Below the pieces are notes generated by a model that did no database searches, was not told the origin of the DNA, and saw nothing but the letters and a program-made list of their open reading frames with translations. The position numbers and the translations under genes are program-made. Shown here one piece after another: positions 56,785-64,000 of a stretch of DNA of 64,000 nt (its first letter is position 1; every line of letters starts with the position of its first letter). This DNA is from a virus: positions 1-64,000 of the IMG/VR virus record IMGVR_UViG_3300035661_000043. One strand, 5' to 3'.

Positions 56785-57459
56785 ATGTCTCGACATCTTA
56801 TGTTACAATGTCTTTTCAGCACACCTCTTTGGTCTTCTAATAAAATGGAAGACTTTCAAGAGAAGAAAAAAGCGATTATTCCATATCTATTGGATGATAA
56901 TAACTACATTCTTTCTGGGAAAAAGAATGGACTTTTGATCACAGATGCAAATTTACACAAGAATGCTGAATTCCGTGATATCTATAATTTCATGCGGATG
57001 AATGTATACAAAGCAATGCAAGAACTAGGTTTTCAGCCTAGATTCACTGTGACAAGTATGTGGGCAACAAAACAAGAATCATTTGCATATCATCACTTGC
57101 ACACTCACCGGAATTCTTTTCTCGGATCGGTGATGTATATTCACACAGACTCACCTACTAGTGGTACTACATTTGTTAATCCAACTGCTAGCATGTGGCA
57201 GTTGGAACCTGCATATCACGGTGGGTCTATGCCTCTTATTGCGAATTCATTTACTACAGACTTTGAAGAAGGTTCTGCTCATGTGTTTCCTGGGTGGCTG
57301 CAACACTATACAGAACCTAGTAAGTCTTCGTGTAGGATTGTCATTGCGATGAACATAATGCCTGTAGGTGGCACGAATAGAGATCACTACGATCGATATG
57401 AGTTCCCATCGGATATGAATTTGTTAGAAATAGAAAAAAATGTATTTCATCCCAGCTAA
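56785..57459 (+). CDS. 2OG-Fe(II) oxygenase (TIGR02466-like)
   Basis: SMWAT..HHLHTHRNS.LGSVMY and FPGWLQH..RIVIAMN motifs. Confidence 0.85.
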   Translation: MSRHLMLQCLFSTPLWSSNKMEDFQEKKKAIIPYLLDDNNYILSGKKNGLLITDANLHKNAEFRDIYNFMRMNVYKAMQELGFQPRFTVTSMWATKQESFAYHHLHTHRNSFLGSVMYIHTDSPTSGTTFVNPTASMWQLEPAYHGGSMPLIANSFTTDFEEGSAHVFPGWLQHYTEPSKSSCRIVIAMNIMPVGGTNRDHYDRYEFPSDMNLLEIEKNVFHPS

Positions 57460-57519
57460 AGTATGTTATAATTACTCAACAACAAAAGAGAAACACTCTT
57501 TCTAACTTAATAGTTTAAT

Positions 57520-57609
57520 GGAAGTTTGGCAGAGTGGTTTATTGCCGCGGACTCTAAATCCGCTGAATCAGAGATGGTTCCACGAGTTCGAATCTCGTAA
57601 CTTCCTCCA
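57520..57609 (+). tRNA. Amber-decoding tRNA (anticodon CTA) with a serine-type body
   Basis: GGAAGTT/AACTTCC-T-CCA acceptor, GCGGA-CTCTAAA-TCCGC anticodon arm, long variable arm GAATCA-GAGA-TGGTTC, T arm GTTCGAATC. Confidence 0.93.
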
Positions 57610-57622
57610 CCAATTACTTGCT

Positions 57623-57802
57623 ATGATAGACGAATCTCATCTGCCGACATCAGAACAGTCTTTGATCTTTAGACTCAGGAAACGAGCCGAGATTCGTAGA
57701 TCCATCAGTCACAGAAAATCAGTTCAAGAAAATCAACCAGACAGAATAGCAGATCTTTTAGAAGAAGCTGCGAACGAATTGGAGAGATTAAAACATGAGT
57801 AA
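57623..57802 (+). CDS. Hypothetical protein
   Basis: LRKRAEIRRSI..DRIADLLEEAA. Confidence 0.65.
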   Translation: MIDESHLPTSEQSLIFRLRKRAEIRRSISHRKSVQENQPDRIADLLEEAANELERLKHE

Positions 57803-57952
57803 CCCAGAAACAAACTAAATCATTCTAGAAGAATTGCAAAGACTAGGACAAAGGGATACACGATCTTTAGTTGTGTATTTTCTCACTTTACTGCTGATAA
57901 TAGGTGCTACTTGTGGTACCGAATCTCTTAACATTGAAATAGGAATAACAAA

Positions 57953-58153
57953 ATGAGTATCTCTGAAAGCCGCGGTTCATCTATTGATCTTGAAAAATGT
58001 GTTGAACAATCTGGAAATCGGTATAAGTTAGTAATTGAGGCAGCTGCTCTGGCTCGAGATATCAAGCGCAAGAATCGACATTCTCCATATCGCGAACACC
58101 AGTTTCCCCAAGTCACTTCATTGAAGATGATCGAAGAGGGCAGAGCAAAATGA
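57953..58153 (+). CDS. RNA polymerase omega-subunit-like protein
   Basis: CVEQSGNRYKLVIEAA..AR and VTSLKMIEEG resemble RpoZ. Confidence 0.75.
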   Translation: MSISESRGSSIDLEKCVEQSGNRYKLVIEAAALARDIKRKNRHSPYREHQFPQVTSLKMIEEGRAK

Positions 58154-58225
58154 ACTTATCTTGAGCTTTTATTCTGAGATGTGTTATGATAAACACATCA
58201 ACACAACACTTGAATCAATATAATC

Positions 58226-58423
58226 ATGCCTTCACAGATCATCAAATATCACCCACGTACCACTGATATTGCTCTTTTGTTCTCACCTGAGAGCAAAGAA
58301 TACTGGATCGGTGAATACTCTCCATTCTGTACTCATCAATCCGGTGAACCAGATTATATCTGGGTTGCTGGCAGTTGGACTTCCTTAGAGGAAGCCGATC
58401 TTTCTCTGATTCTTTGGATGTAA
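58226..58423 (+). CDS. Hypothetical protein
   Basis: Follows a promoter motif. Confidence 0.5.
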   Translation: MPSQIIKYHPRTTDIALLFSPESKEYWIGEYSPFCTHQSGEPDYIWVAGSWTSLEEADLSLILWM

Positions 58424-58610
58424 AAATTTGATCATGCGCAAATCTGAACTCGAATTCACACAGACTCGTGTTTCTAGCAAATCTTTCCGTGAAAAACCTC
58501 GCAAAGAGAATGAACAATATTCTCGTAATGAGAAGAAGAAAGAATATCAACGAGAGCGTGCTCGACAAAAACGTGACATTTAAACTAATTTCTAACTGTA
58601 GAAAGACAAT

Positions 58611-58886
58611 ATGAAAACTATTGCAATGAAACTTGTATCCGGAGAAGAACTGATTGGTCGATCTGTATCAGAGACAGCTACTTTGACCACCATCTCCCAT
58701 GCTCGTACTATGGGTCTGCAGCAAGATCAACAAGGTCGATATGGTGTAGGGATGATGGACTACATTCTGGCTAACAAAGATTGTGAGATTTCCATCTCCA
58801 AGGATAAGATCATCACCATGTATGAACCCGCAGTGGAAGTAGAGAAGGCTTACCTATCTCAAACATCTGGAATTCAACTATCGTGA
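58611..58886 (+). CDS. Conserved T4-like hypothetical protein
   Basis: KLVSGEELIG..YLSQTSGI pattern. Confidence 0.7.
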   Translation: MKTIAMKLVSGEELIGRSVSETATLTTISHARTMGLQQDQQGRYGVGMMDYILANKDCEISISKDKIITMYEPAVEVEKAYLSQTSGIQLS

Positions 58887-59079
58887 AAGAAAAGATTGCG
58901 ATAGTTCTTGTTAGTTCGAATATCCATGCATTGACTAGATCATCTAAGAAGGAAATGTTAACACAATTCTCATCACACATGTCATGACAATGTTTTTCTC
59001 CTTTTCGCGTGTTTACTAAGCTCGATGAAAACGGAGTTCGTATTTTTCTATCAAACCCACTGTAATTAAGGAAATAAAA

Positions 59080-59340
59080 ATGACACAGAAACAATTCTCC
59101 ACACCTCAAGTCAAACATGGCAAGGGTGATCCACAAACTCCTCGCAAGACACCAGTCACCGGTCCTACTTGGCGCATGTCGCACGCAGTGAAAAACCTGC
59201 TTGGGTCAGAACGTGATCCGGTTCAGCGAGCCATCTATAAGAACATGATGGTAGAGGCAAGTGCTTATGCTGCAGCACAGGCAGCCGAACTTGCTAAGAA
59301 GAAGGACAAGAAAAGCGCTGCACCGAACTCCGGTAATTGA
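59080..59340 (+). CDS. Hypothetical basic protein
   Basis: AAGGA RBS. Confidence 0.6.
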   Translation: MTQKQFSTPQVKHGKGDPQTPRKTPVTGPTWRMSHAVKNLLGSERDPVQRAIYKNMMVEASAYAAAQAAELAKKKDKKSAAPNSGN

Positions 59341-59438
59341 TCTTTTCTTTTGCCTAAAAGCTCCTCTGTGAAAGCATTGGAGCTTTTATTCATTTGTGTG
59401 GTATAATACACTTATAAACAACAAAACACAGGTATAAA

Positions 59439-59759
59439 ATGACAAACGCTAAAACAGAATTGCTGCACATATTGCAAGGTCATGGTACTCGCATCAAATG
59501 TGCGGTCATCGCCCTTGGGGATGAGTATAGTGATACTACCCAACAAGTCTTTAACTTGAAGCTCGGTGCTTCTGATAAAGAAGTAGATGATTTCTTCAAC
59601 TCCTTGGACTTCGAGTATGATTCTGGATATGGCAGACAAGAGCTGTTCGGCACAGTCTGGCTGGAAAAAGAAGGTACTTGGCTGACGCGCGGAGAGTATG
59701 ACGGATCTGAATGGTGGGAATTCCATGAATGCCCTGAGATTCCTATGGAGATGTTATAA
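59439..59759 (+). CDS. Hypothetical protein
   Basis: YDSGYGRQELFGTVW..RGEYDGSEWW motif. Confidence 0.7.
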   Translation: MTNAKTELLHILQGHGTRIKCAVIALGDEYSDTTQQVFNLKLGASDKEVDDFFNSLDFEYDSGYGRQELFGTVWLEKEGTWLTRGEYDGSEWWEFHECPEIPMEML

Positions 59760-59910
59760 GGGTTTAGATTTCACAAGTTTATAGACGAGAATGAAAGTTC
59801 CGAATATGATTATATGTCTATGGAATGGCTGCTGAACAACAAAATTCTAATTAGACTTCCGTTCATCATCTATACTTTTGTTTACAAATATCAGATCAAA
59901 GAGATCAATC

Positions 59911-60402
59911 ATGTCTAAGTTTCAAAAGTATTTCACTAACCTCGGTATTGATGTCCAGAAAGTTCTAGAACTGGATGAATTCAGTGGGTGTTCTTATGTC
60001 GGGCAATTTCCTGGTGGTCGCCGCAAGGATAATGGATCCATCGACTTCCGTGATAGCGCAGTTGACGTCTTTTATCAACCAAATCCAGATCGTTCTCTAG
60101 GGCACACAAACTATTTTTCTGTGTTCAATCATCAAGGGTCGGTCTATATTGCCAATGCAGAATATGTGACTGATGTTCTTCTGAATGGTATCATTGACTC
60201 AGAAGGAGATATTCTCTACGCGCGCTATCAACATGACTTCCGCTATACTTTCGATAAAAAGTGTGGTGTTGATGGTGGATGGTGGCTGAAATGGGAAGAT
60301 GGGCTTTGGGCTATGGCTGCTCGAACTATTGGTTCTGTAGATGGAAGTCTCCCTAAGTGGGTTAATATCCGTGTGAAAGATGGTATTCTTTCTGAGGTCT
60401 GA
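59911..60402 (+). CDS. Hypothetical protein
   Basis: ORF with HDFR..VDGG motif. Confidence 0.6.
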   Translation: MSKFQKYFTNLGIDVQKVLELDEFSGCSYVGQFPGGRRKDNGSIDFRDSAVDVFYQPNPDRSLGHTNYFSVFNHQGSVYIANAEYVTDVLLNGIIDSEGDILYARYQHDFRYTFDKKCGVDGGWWLKWEDGLWAMAARTIGSVDGSLPKWVNIRVKDGILSEV

Positions 60403-60679
60403 TGACTTATATTCGGTTCTGCGATTGGTCGGTGTATCTACAACGCTGGGCGCGAACATGTAGAAAAATTCAAGCAATGGGTAATCGATTCGGAAGAAGA
60501 AGGATATACCATCAAATTTGAGATGTGCTAAGATTTCAGAGGTTGAGAAAAGTCATTGATGGACTGCCCAGAGTATTTCTGGTCTTGAGAAACAACTATC
60601 ATGACTCGCTGGGGGATTGGCCGAATTTGGCCAAATGTGATCAAGTACACATTTTTGTGTAAACATAGGAGTATTGAAA

Positions 60680-61033
60680 ATGTCTAACCAGCAATTTGAG
60701 TATACTGAAGAGATGATAGATCATCTCGATAAGGTCGAACTATATATCCATGGGTATCGTCTTGCGCTGACATGGTTTGCGTGCCCTGAGCAATATGATA
60801 TGTTTGACCGTGCTGGAAACATGGTAGCATATTTTCGGTTGAGGGACGGATCTTTTAGAGTTGATGTCCCAGGCTGTGGTGGAAGGACCGTCTATCAGAA
60901 TTCTGATGTTGAAGGTGATGGTAGATTCAGTAAAAAAGAGCGATTTGGTGAACTGACAAAAGCAGTTGAACACGTGATAGAATACTATTTGAACACAGAA
61001 TGGTATTCTAACGATGATGTTAACTATTCTTGA
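60680..61033 (+). CDS. Hypothetical protein
   Basis: ACPEQYD..YFRLR.G motif; AGGAG RBS. Confidence 0.65.
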   Translation: MSNQQFEYTEEMIDHLDKVELYIHGYRLALTWFACPEQYDMFDRAGNMVAYFRLRDGSFRVDVPGCGGRTVYQNSDVEGDGRFSKKERFGELTKAVEHVIEYYLNTEWYSNDDVNYS

Positions 61034-61061
61034 ATAATTCACCTATACCAAGAGAAATATC

Positions 61062-61259
61062 ATGGAAATCAAACTCCATTCATATCACGAAGTTGAAATC
61101 ATCGAATCTGAACGTGGCTATGATCAAAAGATCGATGCAGTGAAATATTTTGACTCGAAAGAAGATGCCATGTGCTTCTGTGCCGAGTTTAATGCGCAAA
61201 ACACATCAAAGACTATACCAGTCAGGTATGCTGAATATGTTGGAAAGTTTGGTCATTGA
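61062..61259 (+). CDS. Hypothetical protein
   Basis: EIIESERG..KID motif. Confidence 0.55.
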   Translation: MEIKLHSYHEVEIIESERGYDQKIDAVKYFDSKEDAMCFCAEFNAQNTSKTIPVRYAEYVGKFGH

Positions 61260-61260
61260 A

Positions 61261-61431
61261 ATGAATAACACAATTGATGTCGATGAATTGCAGTACTCGA
61301 GTGAGTACGCCGAATACATCATGACACATGGAGACCGCCCGTGTTACAATGGTAGTATGCTCCTCGAACTGATGGAGCAGGGTTACTTATTCAGTGCTTT
61401 CTTGGAAAGCATTAATGAAGACGATGAATGA
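61261..61431 (+). CDS. Hypothetical protein
   Basis: Short acidic ORF. Confidence 0.5.
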   Translation: MNNTIDVDELQYSSEYAEYIMTHGDRPCYNGSMLLELMEQGYLFSAFLESINEDDE

Positions 61432-61553
61432 CGGATGGTCCGATGCTATGACTATCCCATATCTCTGTGATGCTGATGATAGAACTTCTTGTGGTGCAAT
61501 GAACTACTTGATGAAGTGATATAATACATAATGGACCAATCAAATAGGAAATT

Positions 61554-63107
61554 ATGAAAAAGACGATTGAACAAAAATACCGTAAGCTGGATGAAATTTC
61601 TCACGTACTTTTGAGACCTGGAAGATATCTAGGTAGTATTACTCCGCACACCGCTGATGCATGGACTGTGACTGAATCTGGTACTATGCAAAAGAGGAGT
61701 CTGACATGGACTCCTGCTTTGCTTAAGATCTTTGATGAGATCATTTCTAACTCTGTTGACTTTAGCAAGACAGAAGAAGGAAAGCATCTGGATACTATCA
61801 AGGTGGATTTGAACCGGATAACTGGTGAGATCACAGTATACGATAATGGCGGTATCGCTGTGATCAAACACAGTGAATATGATCAGTATATCCCGGAGAT
61901 GATCTTTGAATTGCGCTCTGGATCAAATTTCGATGATTCGGAAGATAGCATGGCAACCGGGCAGAATGGAGAAGGCTCAGCCCTAACAGCTATTTTCTCC
62001 TCTGAGTTCGAAGTACAGACTGCAGATGGATCTAATCAATTCATCCAGACTCGCACCGACAATTCAAGGAAGATTTCCGACCCTAAAGTCAAGACATCAG
62101 ATAAACACTTCACGAAGATTCGATTCATTCCGGACTATGAAAAGTTCGGTCTTGATGGTCTTGATACCGATAATGAAGCTAGATTGATTAAGCGTGTATA
62201 TGATGTAGCTGGCTGCAACCCAAAACTGAATGTATATCTCAATGGGAAGCGGATCAAGATTGCCTCATTCTCTGACTACGTGAAATTGTATACATCTGAT
62301 TTTGTGCACGAAGAAAACGATCACTGGCATGTTGCATTGGCTGCTTCGGAAGATGGATTCAATCATGTATCATTTGTGAATGGTACAGAAACTACCACCG
62401 GGGGGAATCATATCAGCTACATCGCAGATCAGATCACGAACAAGCTGCGCGACTTCTTCAAAAAGAAACACAAAGTAGATGTGAAGCCAGGAGATATTCG
62501 GAATCACATGCTCCTGTTTATTGATGCCGGTATTATCAGACCAAGATATTCAAGCCAGACTAAAGAAGATCTGATTACAGAATCAAAGAACTTTGGTACT
62601 AGTATTGAAATTTCAGATAAGTTCATCCAAAAGGTTATCAAATCAAATATCGTTCAGTCTGTATTGGATTGGGTAAATGCAAAAGCTGCAGCAGCTGAAG
62701 CAGCGGAACTTCGCAAGAAATCAAAGGACATTGACAAGGCGAACCTACGAAAGATCAGCAAGTTTACTGATGCCACACAGAAAGAAAATCGTGATCAATG
62801 CATGATTTTCATTGCCGAGGGTGAATCTGCTGCAAGTTCTATTCTGTCTGCGCGTACAGGCAATATCGGTTGTTACCCATTGAAGGGTAAGCCGATTAAC
62901 GCTATGGCTGCTACAACTAAGGATCTTCTTGATAATAAAGAATTCACTGAGCTGATGACCGTCACAGGTCTGAAAATTGGTGAGAAAGTTAAAATAGAAG
63001 TAGATTCACTATATGAAATCTATATTGATGATATCTCATATATTGTGTCTACAGAAGATATCATTATTCACAAAGATAAACAATATATTGTAAAAGATTT
63101 AATCTGA
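61554..63107 (+). CDS. gp39: Topoisomerase II ATPase subunit gp39
   Basis: HVLLRPG, DEIISNSVD, GQNGEG, EGESA and PLKGK motifs; lacks the DxD part of TOPRIM. Confidence 0.95.
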   Translation: MKKTIEQKYRKLDEISHVLLRPGRYLGSITPHTADAWTVTESGTMQKRSLTWTPALLKIFDEIISNSVDFSKTEEGKHLDTIKVDLNRITGEITVYDNGGIAVIKHSEYDQYIPEMIFELRSGSNFDDSEDSMATGQNGEGSALTAIFSSEFEVQTADGSNQFIQTRTDNSRKISDPKVKTSDKHFTKIRFIPDYEKFGLDGLDTDNEARLIKRVYDVAGCNPKLNVYLNGKRIKIASFSDYVKLYTSDFVHEENDHWHVALAASEDGFNHVSFVNGTETTTGGNHISYIADQITNKLRDFFKKKHKVDVKPGDIRNHMLLFIDAGIIRPRYSSQTKEDLITESKNFGTSIEISDKFIQKVIKSNIVQSVLDWVNAKAAAAEAAELRKKSKDIDKANLRKISKFTDATQKENRDQCMIFIAEGESAASSILSARTGNIGCYPLKGKPINAMAATTKDLLDNKEFTELMTVTGLKIGEKVKIEVDSLYEIYIDDISYIVSTEDIIIHKDKQYIVKDLI

Positions 63108-63155
63108 AGTCAGACAATTTGGCTATATGTTTGTCAGAAATCGAAAGGATTGGAA

Positions 63156-63719
63156 ATGGAAATTAAAGTAAAAAAAATTGATGTCAATCATCAAAACATG
63201 ACAAAATATCTTGGTGATAATAATGTTATCAGAAAGACTAATCTTAGAAGCAGTCTGCGCTTCGGCAAATTGGTTATGTGCGCAGACGCAGACGCAGATG
63301 GTTAGCTTCGGCTAACTAATCTATAAACTAATTTAAGAAAGAATATTGGCTCACATATTTGTGGCTTAATTATGGCAGGGCTGAAGAAATTTTGGCCCGA
63401 ATTATTTTCTCTAGGTGCAGTATATCGATTCCAGACACCGATTATGAAAGTTATGATCGGCAAGGATGAAAAATATTTCTATTCACTTGATGAATTCTCT
63501 GTTTGGGAAAAGACTAATACTAAATCTTTCAAGACTCGGTATCTGAAAGGTCTTGGCTCTTCTACCGCGGAAGACTTCCGAGGTTATTTTGCTAACATGG
63601 ATAACAATCTAGTGCAGATTACGTTACAATCTACTGATGATCTAGACATTGTTGATCTGGTATTTGGTAAGGAAACAGGAGCAGCTGATGCTCGTAAAGT
63701 CTGGTTGGATTTGGAGTAA
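63156..63719 (+). CDS. gp60: Topoisomerase II subunit gp60 with a 48-nt coding gap (63303-63350)
   Basis: ADADADG, then the gap, then SHICGL..YLKGLGS; the gap contains TAG, a UUCG hairpin and TAA. Confidence 0.88.
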
Positions 63720-63722
63720 TCT

Positions 63723-64000
63723 ATGGCAAAAATGAATATTAAAGACTTTTTCGGCACTGCCGTGCGCGACTACTCCATTTATGCATGCGAACGTGCTATT
63801 CCATCTGGCTGTGATGGTCTCAAGCCAAGTCAGCGCAAGGTGTTGTATGGAATGACAAAAGAATTTCCTACTCAGGAAGTGAAAGTTTCCATCTGCGCGG
63901 CTACTATCCAAGCAGTGACCGCATATCATCATGGTTCTTTGGAAGCAGTAGTCACAGGAATGGCACAGAACTTTGTTGGTTCTAATAATGTCCCATTGTT
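63723..64000 (+). CDS. gp52: Topoisomerase II subunit gp52, 3'-truncated by the window
   Basis: RAIPS..DGLKPSQRKVLY and AYHHGS motifs. Confidence 0.92.
   Translation, partial: MAKMNIKDFFGTAVRDYSIYACERAIPSGCDGLKPSQRKVLYGMTKEFPTQEVKVSICAATIQAVTAYHHGSLEAVVTGMAQNFVGSNNVPL

Noticed and set aside
57520-57609. Pyrrolysine or tyrosine identity for the CUA tRNA
   Set aside because: It lacks tRNA-Pyl features (short variable loop, 6-bp anticodon stem) and I see no pyl genes. U73 and the GGA acceptor differ from Tyr (A73), and TAG columns are not Tyr.
63303-63350. Intron or simple TAG read-through explaining the gp60 gap
   Set aside because: 48 nt is too short for a self-splicing intron, and read-through meets an in-frame TAA at 63324.

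Overview
This 64-kb window comes from a large T4-like myophage. It runs from the neck, tail and head genes (gp13-gp23), through the replication/recombination module, a roughly 9-kb tRNA/ncRNA region and small accessory genes, to topoisomerase II. Many ORFs in the supplied track break at in-frame TAG codons, and the joined genes end in TAA or TGA. The TAGs fall on conserved serine positions: gp18 KPSR*INF, gp44 EKYRP*T, gp41 YLK*IAEELR, gp46 DAL*YALFGK, and the +1 nucleophile of the portal intein. The window also encodes a serine-type tRNA with a CUA anticodon (57520-57609). The central finding is therefore an apparent amber-to-serine genetic code, rather than the TAG=Gln code described in other phages. 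Other notable features are a T4 gene 60-like 48-nt translational bypass, a terminase in three pieces joined by two atypically split inteins, and a three-piece DNA polymerase with a Ser1/Ser+1 split intein. The RNA region holds a permuted two-piece tmRNA, an Azoarcus-type group I intron in a CAU tRNA, and several unexplained structured RNAs. CDS coordinates below assume TAG is read as sense. Family assignments come from my recall of motifs; no database search was run.
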